64,000 nt of DNA. Origin: Octopus sinensis. Its lineage: Eukaryota. This document shows, one piece after another, positions 1 through 13,313 of the stretch (the stretch's first letter is position 1; each line of letters starts with the position of its first letter). Location: positions 16,492,001-16,556,000 of the forward strand of contig NC_043020.1 in NCBI RefSeq assembly GCF_006345805.1, read 5' to 3'. The position numbers and the translations under genes were made by a program. The notes beneath the pieces are model-generated. The model had not been told where the DNA came from and searched no databases. It saw only the letters and a program-made list of their open reading frames with translations.

Positions 1-23
1 GCTCATATACAGTAGTGAAATGT

Positions 24-69
<46 letters not shown>

Positions 70-689
70 GCACAGGTATGGCTGTGTGGTTAAGAAGTTT
101 ACTTTCTAACCACAAAGTTTCATGTTCAGTCCTACTGCATGGTACCTTAATTTAATTTGGTAGATATGCTTGAATATCTTGATGTAGAATATAACAAAAT
201 ATGTAATAAGGATTGAAATAATGGTTCCACATTTTGGCAGAAGACCAGGAATTTTGACAGAGGGAGTAAGTTGATTACATCAACCCCAATGTTTAACTGG
301 TACCTGTCTTATTGATCCTAAAAGGATGAACGGCAAAGTCAACCTTGGTGAAATATGACTCAGACCACAGATATGAAAGAAGCTCATCATGTGTGCTATT
401 GTGTGTGAGTATGTGTCTGCCTTGATGTCATGTGATAGTTGTAAAAAGGTGTCACCATGATACTAGCAGTGTTGTTCATTTCCAGTATTCTATGAAAACA
501 TGTTCAGTAATGGGGGGATTATCACCTTGCTTGAAAACAGCTGAGAGTTGACACCAGAAACGACATCTGGACATGAAAAATATTCTGCCTCAATATTGGG
601 GTCAATATAATCGATTTATCCCCTCCTCCCAAATTTCAGGCCTTGTGCCTTTAGCAGAAAGGATTATTGTTATTTTTATTATTATTATT

Positions 690-1737
690 CTATATTTGAC
701 TTTTGCTTTACATTTGTACAAGTTGGCTCACCCAGAGACCTCAAGAGACAAGTTGGAAGTTCATATATTTGGTTTTGCACTTATTGTTGTACTAGTGAAT
801 GTCTAAGAAACCATGCGAAAATTATGTTTGTTTTAAAACTTGAGATCACATAGAAAGTATTTTGTGTAGGATATGAGCAGTTCCCATGAGCACTATCTTT
901 TGAATTTCTGCCATTTTGGGGTTTCCTGGTATCTGAGTTAGGTAGCAATCAGTCCCTTTCGCTATCATTCCCAGGGCACCTATGACAACAGGTATTGTTT
1001 TAGTCTTCAGCTTCCACATTTTGCTGATTTCTATTTCAAGATCTTTATATTCGCTCAGTTTTTGGTAGGTCTTGACAGATACGTTTATATCGATTGGGAC
1101 AGTCATATCAATGAGGAGGCATGTTCTTTGTCTGAAGTCTTTCAATATGATGTCTAGCCTATTTGCATCTATCTTTCTGTCAGTTTGAATGGTGAAGTTC
1201 CAGAGGAGTGAGATGTGATCATTTTCAAGCACTGGGGGTGGTTTGTGTTCCTACCAGTTTTTATCATGGGGCAAGTCCAGGCTTTTGCAAATTACCCAGT
1301 GAATATATTGTGCAGCTCTATCATGCCTGTTGAGATACTCTGTAGGCACAAGAATACTGCACTTGGAGACAACATGATCAATGGTTTCATTTTGTTGTTG
1401 ACATACATGACATGTTGGGCTACTGCCGTTCTTTAATATGTTGGCCTGGTAGTTCCTTGTAGGTAGGCATCGATCTTGAGCTGCCATGATAAACCCTTCT
1501 GTTTCAGATTTTAAGCCAGAGGCCATTAGCCATTGATGAGTCAGGGCTTTGTCAACATCGGCATTTTTCGCTCTCTTTGGGTATTTGCCATTGAGAGGTT
1601 TTTCTTGCCATTTATCAATCAGAATATCTAAGGCAGCAGTTTTAACACGGGTTTTCATGCGCTTAGCTTTTTCTGTGCTTGTTTCTTGTATGTCTAATTC
1701 CGAAATTTGTTGCATTCAGAATTCACTTAGATATTCC
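690..1737 (-). mobile_element. 5'-truncated R4/Dong-clade non-LTR retrotransposon (3' end: CCHC knuckle, restriction-like endonuclease, 3' UTR)
   Basis: ORFs 1251-1715 and 846-1232 are in the same frame, split by one TAG (W*EHK). They carry the CHVC..ETIDHVVSKC knuckle, YLNRHD and the RLE region RLDIILKD..CLLIDMTVP..KLSEYKDL..IPVVIGALG. Both ends abut (TAA)n. Confidence 0.88.
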
Positions 1738-1758
1738 TTATTATTATTATTATTATTA

Positions 1759-1808
<50 letters not shown>

Positions 1809-1817
1809 CGTTATTAT
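1738..1817. repeat. (TTA)n microsatellite flanking the Dong-like element
   Basis: Directly visible near-perfect trinucleotide array. Confidence 0.95.
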
Positions 1818-3191
1818 TTGTTTTCTTTTCTTCTTCACATAGTTGATCAAATAAATTTGTTTCTATAGATTAGTTTGGTTCCTGGTTTATTTCATAAGTT
1901 CACTTGATATATTCTCAATAATTTCAGCTTCTGTAAATGACCAACATTGATATTTCTGTTTATTATATATAGAACAGTTATGGCATCTCTGGGAGAACGC
2001 AGTGTGATAAACACAATTTTGATCTTTCCACTTCAAAATTGCTTTGCTCTTTAATAAACAAGCTTCTTTTTCTCTCTTTTTCTTTCTTTGTAAATATTTA
2101 GAAAACAACCAGTTACTTGACAAGTTTGGTTGGAATGGTAAAATTACAGGGAATGGAATCTATCATCCTGGTTAAAAAATATTTCCTTTTGTGTATGTAC
2201 GCATGCATGTATGGTTATATATTGCAACTGATTCATCTGGTTGACACTTTTCTCTTAAAACGTCTTCTACGTGTTTAGTCAGGAAAATAAAATCTTGTTC
2301 TTATGCAACCAGACTCAATTTAACTACAGCTAACCAATGACCAGAAGAGATGTAATAATGTAGTAACGAATATATTTACATAGAATGTTAGACATCATGA
2401 AAGTCCAAAGATCCAGTCTTTGGTAATGGAAAAAACACTTTAAAATAATAATTCATATTCTGGTGTCTTTTATGGATGACTGAAACTACTTAGTTGCTAA
2501 GTGAACATCAATATACGATTCCAGAAGTGTCTTGCTGTATGTATGGCATTTCATGTAATTGTGGAAGATTTAGTGTTAATATTATAGGACTGGTTCCATT
2601 GCCAGTCAAAGACTTTTGCCAGTGTTTTCTTCTTAATAGTTCCATGCATAAAAATATGATCGGAAGCATTTGACAGCATGCTGTTAATGGCTTCTGGTTG
2701 TTTAGCTACAGGTCAGTCTGGATTGAGCAGACCTATGATCATAGCATTCCCAACATGACCATCTCTTCTTATTTTTTTGGTTCTGTAGTTGGAAGTTTGC
2801 TCCCCAACCACGTCACTGGTTCAGTCCATCTGTGTGGCACTTTGGGCAAGTGTCTTTTATTTTGTTTATCTTTTTTTTTTTTTTACTAGACATAGCTGTG
2901 TGGTAAGAAGCTTGCTTCCCAGCCACATGGTTCTAGGTTCAGTCCCACTGCTTGGCACCTTGGTTTTAATTTCTCTTAATTGTATTCAGTTACAGTTTTC
3001 CTCCTCCTCCTCCTCCACTTTCATAACCTTTCCCACTTAACAGTGTTACCCTGATGTCTTGCTATACTTTTTTTAGAGGTTTGTCACCTTTCATTTTGTA
3101 TTGCGTGTCTATTTTTGTGTGTGTCTTTATTGACCTCCGACTCCCCTGGGGTTCATGGGCCCTGCACAGGACAACCTCAGTAGTGTCAATG

Positions 3192-3423
3192 GTACTGAGC
3201 TGGCAGAAACATTAGCACGCCGGGCGAAATGCGTAGCCATATTTCGTCTGCCGTTTCGTTCTGAGTTCAAATTCTGCTGAGGTCGACTTTGCCTTTCATC
3301 CTTTCGGGGTCGATAAATTAAGTACCAGTTACGCACTGGGGTCGATATAATCAACTTAATCCGTTTGTCTGTCCTTGTTTGTCCCCTCTGTGTGTAGCCC
3401 CTTGTGGGTAGTAAAGAAATAGG
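3192..3423 (+). mobile_element. tRNA-derived SINE, family B
   Basis: GAGCTGGCAGAAACATTAGCAC head, B-box-like GAGTTCAAATTC, core GACTTTGCCTTTCATCCTTTCGGGGTCGATAAATTAAGTACCAG, tail CCCTTGTGGGTAGTAAAGAAATA; many near-identical copies in the window. Confidence 0.88.
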
Positions 3424-4406
3424 TACTAGAAAAGCACACACTGTAAAGTAGTTGGCGTTTTAACGGGTGTCCAGCCATAGGAACCATGCCAAAGCAGACA
3501 TTGGAGCATGTTGCAGTCCTTTGGACCCATCAGATCCTGTCAAACCACCCAACTCATGCCAGTATGGAACATAGACATTGAATAATAATTATGAGGATGA
3601 GGAGGAAGAAGAGGAGGATTATTTACTGAAATTACTGTGTAGATGGTTTCGTTTCTGACATGGAAGACTGTTGAGTAATAGCAATACAGTTTCTATCTCT
3701 ACATTTCATATTGATTGCAATTAAAACATAAATCACCAGAAACTTATTTTTCTATGATCATAATTATAGCTGAATGGCAACTTAAAAGACTTCCACCTTT
3801 TGGCTAATTATTTCTATAATTAGTTAATCCTAACTCATTTTCTGCTCATGTAAGCCATCACTAGTTTCTACTGGTTCTAAATTTTGTTGTTTGTTATTTT
3901 ATTTCATTTTAAACTTGATGCTAATAACCTACATTTCTTAATTGCCAATAATCTCAGAACTTCGGCAACTCTTGAGATTTGCCTAAAACAGTAGATTTGT
4001 TTTTCTTTCCTTTTTTTTTTTTCTTTTTTCTTCTCCTGTCTTTAACTAGGAATCAAACCTTGTTTCCTTATTTTATTGAACGTTAATGAACTGATTGAAT
4101 GTAAGTTTGGAATCAAGGAATGATTGTGTATACTTTAAGGTCAATCAATATTTTAGTATGCTTTGTGGATGTTCCTTTTCTTTAATTTATATTTTTTTAT
4201 TTGTTAAACACTAATCCTGAGCTGAGCTTAGAATACCTATCTGTCCACCTATCTATCTGTTTATGTCTGTCTGTCTGTCTGCCTTTTCTTTATTTATCTG
4301 TTTCAATTTTTCTGTCTTCCTCTATCTATTTCAACCTTTCTCTCTTTCTCAATTTTCCTTTCTCTGTCTCAATCTTTCTTTTTCTCTCTCTCTACTTCTT
4401 TCCTTC

Positions 4407-4670
4407 TGTGGTGTGTGTGAGAGATTCGAATATAAAGGCACCTACCTTCTCTTCTCTCTGATGGAGACCCTTCAGTAGTAACGGATCCTTCGACACAGCC
4501 CGACCTGAACGCTAGAGATAGCAGCTGCTTCACCCAACCTTAGCAACATCTTCACCCGTCTTAACACCTCGACGACCCTGGTTCGAAAAGGCAGAAATCC
4601 CCGCTCGCTGCGCGCGTGTCCCAGCTGCCCCCTTCCGGTCAGCTCACCCAGCTGCTGATGTCATCCCACA
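4407..4670. mobile_element. Solo LTR (264 bp)
   Basis: TGTGG...CCACA termini, CCTTC duplicated at 4402-4406 and 4671-4675, 15 CpGs in a CpG-poor context, TATAAAG at 4431. Confidence 0.65.
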
Positions 4671-5515
4671 CCTTCTTTCTCTATTTCTATCTCTCTTCCT
4701 CGCTTTTTCTTTTTCTCACTTTTTAGTTGGCTAGATATATGAAGAGAATGCTGGTTCAAACCACCCATATGATGAAATCATAAAGTCAGACTCAATTGAA
4801 TGCAAACCTACATCACATAGACAACACCTTGGTACATTATTCTCTGTCATGTGGGTGTTTAATATCAGCCACAAAAAGTGCTGGTTACTCTACAAAGTTC
4901 AAATAAATGCCACAAAGAAGTAATGTTTTTATGTCAACAACAAGCCTGCTTCCCCCATCTCTCTCTCTCTCTCTCTTGACTGCATCTAAAGAAAAGCCAC
5001 TTAATTTGAAACAAAAACCATTCATAGACACATTCCAACCTCTGTTTCCCTGGGTGTACTGCCCCTTCTCTTTCCATTTTCTACCATCACTATAATGGCC
5101 TCTGTTACCCAGAGCTGACTGGTCTCACTCAGACTAGCAATTCTGATTTCATTTCTGAAGTGAGACAAGTATGTGGCATTGACAAGGCCCAAGTGCAGTG
5201 AAATACGATACCTGCTACCCTCATGATCACTTCTAGAGTGGTTTTATTTTGCCTAACTGTGAAGTATATTGTTATTAACACTATGCATCTTAAAGGGATT
5301 TCTTTCTAAGACAAAAAAAAAAATTGCTGTTCCTGGTATTTAAACAACACATGTGCATTAAGTATGTGATATTAATAATATTTGCATTGGAGAGCTGCTT
5401 CCATTGCATAATTTGAATTAATTCTACTTATGCAACACTATTGCAAATCAGCAAATAGTTTATATATTATGTGTATGTACTCCATATTAGCAAATCTAAT
5501 TTTGTTTCTGAACTG

Positions 5516-5915
5516 AGGCGCAGGAGTGGCTGTGTGGTAAGTAGCTTGCTTACCAACCACATGGTTCCAGGTTCAGTCCCACTGCATGGCACCTTGGGCA
5601 AGTGTTTTCTACTATAGCCTCTGGTCGACCAAAGCCTTGTGAGTGGATTTGGTAGACGGAAACTGAAAGAAGCCCGTCGTATATATGTATATATATATGT
5701 ATGTGCGTGTATGTTTGTGTGTCTGTGTTTGTCCCCCTAGCATTGCTTGACAACCGATGCTGGTGTGTTTACATCCCCGTCACTTAGCGGTTCGGTAAAA
5801 GGGACCAATAGAATAAGTACTGGGCTTACAAAGAATAAGCCCCGGGGTCGAGTTGCTTGATTAAAGGCGGTGCTCCAACATGGTCGCAGTCAAATGACTG
5901 AAACAAGTATAAAGA
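5516..5915 (+). mobile_element. tRNA-derived SINE, family A, full length
   Basis: GGCGCAGGAGTGGCTGTGTGGTAAG A-box head, GGTTCAGTCCC B-box, CCTTGGGCAAGTG, internal (TA)/(TG) tract, tail GTCAAATGACTGAAACAAGT; repeated many times in the window. Confidence 0.9.
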
Positions 5916-7340
5916 AAGAAAAGCAAAAGTACACAGCATTGATAAGTCGCAATTACAACAAAATACTGTATCTGCCACTCTTGGCTTCTCTTTCAGAACA
6001 ATTTCATTTCACCCAACCTTGAGTTATACTGTGCTTCTTATTACTGTACGTCTTTAAAGGAATTTTTCCTGAACAAAAAAGCCACATCTTCTGGCTTTTA
6101 AACAACATACACATGTTAAGTATGAGATATTTGAAGTGTTTATATTACAAAGCTGTTTCTAGTGCAATACTTGATTTTATTATACATCTAGTATTTGTTA
6201 CATCAAACCAATCAATTTTACTAATCTCCAACTTATCCGTTATATTATTTAAATCTTTACTTATCTTAATTAATCCTTTACTGTTAATTATGATTATGGT
6301 TTGTCTTTGTTTTGTTTTTTTTCATTCATTTATTTAATTCATTTTGTTTCTTGGCAGCCAATACAGTATTGTAATCTTGATGGTTTTTAGGTCTTGTTGT
6401 TTGTAGTTAGAGTTCTGGAGACTGCAGGGTGATATTTCAGGGAAATTACTCTGCTGTACTGAAGATATGAGACTACATAAGAGATTGGTGTGGTTTTAGT
6501 TTTGTCCCTATTGTTAGAAGCAACAAGTTGTTCCTACCTTGTTAAGAGTTCTGGACTGTCCATGGATAGCAACTCACTGTGGCAGGATATGAACTTCCAA
6601 CCACCTAATTGGTTTATCTGTTCACTAAGCCATCCACACACTCAGCTTCCCATAAGGCTGTGAGCTGGCTGAATTGTTAGCACACCAAACAAAATGCTTA
6701 GTGGCATTTTGTTCCTCTTTATGTTCCAGGTTCAAATTCTGCCAAGGTTGACTTTGCCTTTCATCCTTTGGGATCAATGAAATAAATACTAGCTATGCAC
6801 TGCTAGTCAATGTAAACAACAAGCTCTCTCCCGCAAAACTTCAGGCTTTGTGCCTATAGCAGAAAGGGTTATAAATCAGCATAAGACCAGAACCAAGTTT
6901 AGTTCCTTTATATTCTTCTGAGTTCAGATTTTGCTAATGTTAACTTGGCATTTTACTCATTGTGGATCAATAAAATTGAGGACCAAACTTAAAATCAGAT
7001 AATGCACTTGATTTAAAATTCCTGTAAAGTATCATGGACAAAAAGCTAAGACTTTGCCTTTCATCCCATTTTAGCATCCATAAATTATCAGTTATGTTGT
7101 TGGATATATTCATCTTTTCCCTTCCAATGAACAAATAAGAATTTAAAAAACTTTTTGATAGGTGCAGATGGTGTGACTGTATGTTAAAATGTTTTTCTAC
7201 CCAACCACATTGTTCTGGGTTCTGGGTTCAGTCCTACTGCGTGTTCCTTAGGCAAGTGTCTTCTACTATAGCCTCAAGCCAACTAAAGCCTTGTGAGTAG
7301 ATTTGGCTGCAAAAACTGAAAGAAGCCTTTCATATATATA

Positions 7341-7690
7341 TCATCATCATCATTTAACATCCATTGTCCATGCTGGCATGGCTTGGATGGTTTGACCTGG
7401 GGTGGTAAGCTGGAAAACTACATCAGACTCCAGTCTGATTTGGCATGGTTTTCTATGGCCGGATGCCCTTTCTAATGCCAATCACGCTGTGAGTGTAATG
7501 GGTGCTTTTACATGTCACTGGCACAGGTGCTATTTGCATGACACCAGTATCTGCTATGACTGCGATTTTGCTCACCTTCAAGAGTCTTCTTCTCAAGCAT
7601 ATCAAAGGTCTCTGTCATTACTCCCATGAGGCCCAGCGCTTGAAAGGAACTCACCCACTTTGCCTCCCTGAGGCCCAGTGCTTGAAGGAA
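7341..7690 (-). mobile_element. RTE LINE 3' end (ORF terminus, 3' UTR, (GAT)n tail)
   Basis: Minus strand encodes an ORF2-like end (ALGLMGVMTETFDMLEKK) similar to the RTE at 61230-61330. The UTR block GGCATCCGGCCATAGAAA...CCATGCCAGCATGG..GTTAAATGATGAT recurs across the window (e.g. 29750, 37890, 42790, 60400). Confidence 0.7.
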
Positions 7691-9503
7691 TTCATCCATT
7701 GTGTGTGTGTGTGTAAATATTGAACACCGAGAATGAGTACTCAACACTGCATTGGTGGATAAAAATTCTTTATTTGTATTTTAAAGCTACCATTTGTTTC
7801 ATGTTAAGGAATACCTCAACAATTATCAGTTATCAAGCCTATCATATGGAACATTGGTGTTCATCTCCATTTTGGATTAAAACATGAAAAGTCACAGAAA
7901 GTGACATATATGTTTTGTATATGTCTTTGTCCCCACCATCATTTAACAAGTAGTGTTGGTGTGTTTACATCCCTGTAACTTAGTAGTTGGGCAGAAGAGA
8001 CTGATAGAATAAGTATCAGACTTTAAAAGAAAAATAAGTACAGGGTATGATTTGTTCGATTAAAATTCTTCAAAGTGTTGCCCCAGCATGGCCACAGCCA
8101 AATGACCGAAACAAGTGAAAGATAAAAATAAAAAAAATTTGTCTCTCACCCCTTGTGTCTGTAAGAAATAACAGTTATAGTTCATAATTTCAAGCCCTAT
8201 CAAGGTAAATTACTACATATCTGTTTAACACTGCCCATAAATAAATAAATATCAGTAATCTTAAAGGTATTTTGTTATTGACCTGTTTTTTTTAATAACA
8301 AGTAGTATTACTAATGGTATTGTTTAACAACGTATTACACCATCATCTTTAGTTACAAGTATACAAACATTTCAGCTAATAGCCTAAACACTCGAGATTA
8401 TATCAACATAAACACATAATCTGCAACACATCAGTTTCTAGCTGATCTTAACCATTGATTAAACCTTTTAGCTGTTAGGAATCTTTCCGCTCTAATATGA
8501 TTTGAAAAATATTTTCATCTTCTTTCTCTGTTGTTGTTGTTGTTATCTTGATTTGGTGTGAGAGGCAAACTCTCTCTCTCTCTCTTTCTCTCTCTCCTAT
8601 GTAAAAATTGCTTTTTTCAGTTGCTGACTGAAACAGATTTACCATACTTACACCATGGATTCACTTTTAAAGTCATGAATGCCACATAATCTCATTCCGT
8701 TTCCTGATTAAATTTATTGGCTTATACCAAGAAATTCATTATTTTTATTCAGTGCTCTACTGGCAATTATCGTCGTAGTTATCATCATCATCATCCAAAT
8801 CATCATTTTGGAATTAATCTCTCATATTTTTTCTCTTTTTTTTTTTCTTAAAACCATAATTCTTAGGAATCAATTTTCTTGAGAATTTTTTTTTAATCTG
8901 TTTATTAAATATAGATTTGTGAAAACGAAGAGAAAGAATAATTGTAAATTGTAACTAATAATTAAGCTTAATGGTGTTTATTATGGCAATTAAAATGGAT
9001 TAAATGGGTTTGAAAATAATGAAACCTGGATTTAGTACACTCACTTAGACCATATAATACTGTCTTTTAATGATGACATAATTAAAATTTTAAGTCACAG
9101 TCAATTGAGTGGAAAAAGTATTAATTTATTGCCAGCTTAACGATATTGAAATCATGTCCCCTCTTTGACTTGTCATTATGTCTACAGTTGGAGAGATTTC
9201 ATTCTTGCTGCTTAACTTTGCCTAATTTCTAAATGATGATGAGGATGATAATAATAATAATAATAATAATGATTTCTTAATAATAATATGAAATAGCCCA
9301 GCTATAGAAAATGAAGAAGGTAAAGATAGTACCTTGGGGACAATATCAAGAGGAATATAAATGGAATTTGGAATAGAGTGCCCGGTAGAGCACTGACTTT
9401 ATGGTTAGATAATAGAAACTGTGCAGTCGGTCACTGGGGCCCTTGTGTATGATCCCAGCACTAGGATGGTACTCTATTCATTTATCTCACCCGAGTTCCT
9501 TAA

Positions 9504-9763
9504 ACATTTAGCATTTCAAACCAGCCATATCCAACCCAAATATTCTACCTGTTGCATTCACACTGGCCAGATCTAACCTCTCACACCTACCCTACAATAT
9601 CATTATAATAATGTACAATCAGGCACAGGTGTGGCTTCTTTCTCAACCACATGGTTCCAGGTTCAGTCCCACTGTGGCACCTTGGGCAGGTGTCTTCTAT
9701 AGCCTCAGGCCAACCAAAGCCTTGTGAGTGTATTTGGTAGATGGGAATTGAAAGAAGCCCATC

Positions 9764-9799
<36 letters not shown>

Positions 9800-10141
9800 G
9801 TGTGTATGTATATATCTATGTGTGCATGTGTCTTTATGTCTGTGTTTGTCCCCCACTGCTGCTTGACAAGTGGTGTTGGTGTGTTTATGTCCCTGTAACT
9901 TAGCGGTTCAGCAAAAAGAAACTGATAGAGTAAGTACCAGGCTTTAAAAGAAAGTCTTGGGGTTGACTTGTTTGACTAAAACCCTCCAAGGCAGTGCTCC
10001 AGCATGGCTGCAATCAAGTAAAAGATAAAAGTAAAATCACACCATTGAAATCTTGAAGCTATTAAGATAATGTAGGATTAATTAAGAACAATGTGAATAA
10101 ATAAACATTACATTTGATGTAGTAGTGTGAATGCTAAAGGG
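9504..10141. mobile_element. piggyBac-like MITE (family 2) split by a family A SINE at about 9621-10030
   Basis: TTAA-ACATTTAGCATT left end and AATGCTAAAGGG-TTAG right end; related pieces at about 23400-23577, 29228-29450, 40955-41260 and 56340-56480. Confidence 0.6.
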
Positions 10142-10329
10142 TTAGCGTTGAAGTTTTCTTTTGCATCTTTAATTTTAAAATTTAAACCTTGAAGAACTTG
10201 ATTTAGCCTTGGTAGATGAAGAAACCTTAATTATTTCCAACATCCCTTCTCTTTCTATCTCTCTGTCTTCTCCCTTTGTTTCTTTCTGTGTTTTCTTTAT
10301 TTATATAACTGTATAATTACCCTCTATGA

Positions 10330-10618
10330 AGGCACGTGGTTCAGTATGAAGGTATGTTTGCTGGATTGGGCTGAGTGTTGTGTTCTTGAGCAAGACGCTT
10401 TATTTCATGTTGCTCCAGTTCACTCAGCTGTAGGAATGAGTTGCAATGTCACCAGTGCCAAGCTGTATCAGCCTTTGCCTTTTCCCCTGGACAGCATCGG
10501 TGGCATGAAGAGGGGAGCCTGGTATGCATGGGTGACTGCTGGTCTTCCAGAAACAACTTGGCCTGGACTTATTCCTCAGAAGGGAACTTTCTAGGTGCAA
10601 TCCCATGGTCATTCATGT
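10330..10618 (+). mobile_element. tRNA-derived SINE, family D (CORE-like body)
   Basis: CTTGAGCAAGACGCTTTATTTCATGTTGCTCCAGTTCACTCAGCTGTAG body and CTAGGTGCAATCCCATGGTCATTCATG tail; same family at 32915-33155(-), 39240-39565(-) and 45522-45857(+). Confidence 0.75.
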
Positions 10619-10764
10619 AATATTCTATATTTTCTTTATATAATTTTTAAATCATTTTATTAAATTCTTTGTAAATTGAAATGTTGGATTTACTTCCGTG
10701 CTATTTCTACCTCCATCTTTTATATATAAAAATTTGATTTGTGTAGATCTCCAATCTTTTTTTT

Positions 10765-10800
<36 letters not shown>

Positions 10801-10804
<4 letters not shown>

Positions 10805-11009
10805 CAAAATGTGACCGCATGTGGACCGTTGGTGATTTTTTTCCCACTGTCTTCCCTTCTCTGGATCTTTCCTTCTCCTATGTTTCCGACAAAGAGCTCT
10901 GCTCGAAACGTTCAACCCTCCTTCCCTTCCTTCCTGAGCGTCCAATAATACTCTATTTGTTCCACGTCCTCGCGTGTTGCGTTTTCTCTTTGTGTTTTCA
11001 TGTTTGGAT

Positions 11010-11013
<4 letters not shown>
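10801..11013 (+). mobile_element. Penelope-like non-autonomous fragment with degenerate hammerhead-like core
   Basis: CCGACAA-A-GAGC-TCT-GCTC-GAAACGTT at 10886-10912, followed by TTCCTGAGCG..AATA as in the 38147 family; flanked by (TA)n on both sides. Confidence 0.55.
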
Positions 11014-11058
<45 letters not shown>

Positions 11059-11855
11059 CACACACACATACACACAGTTTCCAGACAACATAATATTTCA
11101 ACATGGCTTGGCTTGTTTTCACCGAAGATTGAAGTACACTGCTTATGTGACAATGACAATCACCTACAACCATCACAGAGGTACAGAGATTCAAACACAT
11201 CCATGCTCACACACATGTAAAATAAAAAATAATAAATACACCCTTTTAAAGCCTAGCCAGGCTCATGGGCCCGGTTTCTCGGTTTCTATGGCGTATGTGT
11301 TCCCCAGCTGGACGGGACGCCAGTCCATTGCAGCATTACTCATTTTTGACAGCTGAGTGGACTGGAGAAACATAAATTAAAGTGTTTTGCTCAAAAACAC
11401 AATGCGTCACCCGGTCCAGGAATCGAAACCACAATCTTACAATCATGATGCTGACACCATAACCACCAAGTCACGTGCCTCCATGCACACACACATATAT
11501 CATAGATGAGCATCACTGTCATACAGTTGGGTGGTGTACTTCATTACTTATCATCCGTGAATACATGTTAAGCCTTGGCATGATTTCAACAGCTGGTTGC
11601 CCTTCCTAATGCCAACCACTCAACAGTGTATGCTGAGTGTTTTTTTAACATGACGCCATCACAGGTGTTTTTTTACATGGCACTGACACAGGTGCTACTT
11701 ATGTAGTACCAGCATGGGTGATACTTACATGGTGCCAGCACAGGTGCTTCTTATGTAGTGCTGGCATGGATGCTTTTCACATGGCACCAGCATGGCTGCC
11801 TTTTTCATGACACAGATATGAGTGCTTTTTATATGATATAGCAATGATGATATAT

Positions 11856-12089
11856 CTATTTCTTTATTGCCCACAAGGGGCTAAACATAGAGGGGACAAA
11901 CAAGGACACACAAAGGGATTAAGTCGATTATGTCGACCCCAGTGCGTAACTGGTACTTAATTTATCGACCCCGAAAGGATGAAAGGCAGAGTCGGCCTCG
12001 GCGAAATTTGAACTCAGAACGTAATGGCAGACGAAATACTGCTAAGCATTTCGCCCGGCGTGCTAACGTTTCTGCCAGCTCGCCACCTT
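11856..12089 (-). mobile_element. tRNA-derived SINE, family B
   Basis: Reverse-complement match to 3192-3423 over its full length. Confidence 0.88.
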
Positions 12090-13313
12090 CCAATGATGAT
12101 ATATCATAGAATAAATTTTTTTTGATATTTTTCTTTTTGTAAAACTGACTTCCTTACTGACATTTCACATTTGCATTTGATACAAAACAAAATTTAATTT
12201 TAAAGAAAAACTATAAGTAATCCTCCTCCCACCCCCAATTAAATCATTTGTGTTTTGTGTGCTTATAGCATCGCAATAATTTTAAATTTTTTTAATGACT
12301 CAAAAAAAAAAAAATCTGAATAATTACTATTATCAATCAGCAAATAATTATTTTCAGGAGGTATCTACATTATATCAGTTTAAATTAAATTCATTTAAAT
12401 CCTTTTACATAAAAATATTGAAATATATTGCTTAATTAGATTTGTTAATTTGATTAGTTCATAATGAGAGTAGTAAACTACTACAGTTGAACTACTTGAA
12501 TCAGTTTTATACAAAATTTATTTATAGAGAAAAAACACAATTCAGAGTTCATTGATTTGGAAAAATTATTTGGATTAAAATTATCAATTGATAATTGCAT
12601 TTAGTTTTTATTCAAAGATTTTAGTTTTTACATTCTTTTTTAAAATTCGAATATTCCAGATACTAAGTAAAAGATGTGTTTATGAATTTTAGTCCTACTG
12701 CTAGTGAAACCTAATTCTAAATAAATTGATTGCACATATTTCAGTTTATTACTCTAAAACCATTATTCATATCTTTTACTCATTTCAATCACTGGGCTGT
12801 GGCCATGCTGGGGCACTGCCTTCAATGGTTTAATCAAACAAATCAACCCTAGTGCTTTCTTTTTTTTTAACCTGGTACTTATTCCATCAGCCTCTTTTTT
12901 TCAAATAGCTAAGTTATGGGGGGGATGTAAACAAACCGACAGTAGCTGTCAAGTGATGATGAGGGGGGGAGACACATATATCACAGGCTTCTTTTCAGTT
13001 TCTTTCTGCCAAATCCACTCACAATGCTTTGGTTGGCCCAGGGATATAATAGAATACACTTGCCCAAGACGCCATGCAGTGGAACTGAACCCAAAACCTG
13101 TATTGTTATTGTTTTTTTTCCTTTCTGGTTTCTTCTAACCATATCTGTAAAAACATCATATCTACCCAGTGTTGCCCCCCGGAATTTTTTCTCCACAGTA
13201 ACTGTGATGAATTTGCCATTTGAAGTTGAAATATGTCATAAACATATTTTAACAAACCTAAAGTTCGCTTATGCCTAGACACTGCTTTGCACTGATACTG
13301 TTGAATATATATA

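Noticed and set aside
8621-8689. LLTETDLPYL resembling the TatD ETDxPY motif after a TTTTTTCAG acceptor; also a minus-strand GTAAGT donor
   Set aside because: Ten-residue similarity only; no other TatD motifs in the window and no good donor on the plus strand.
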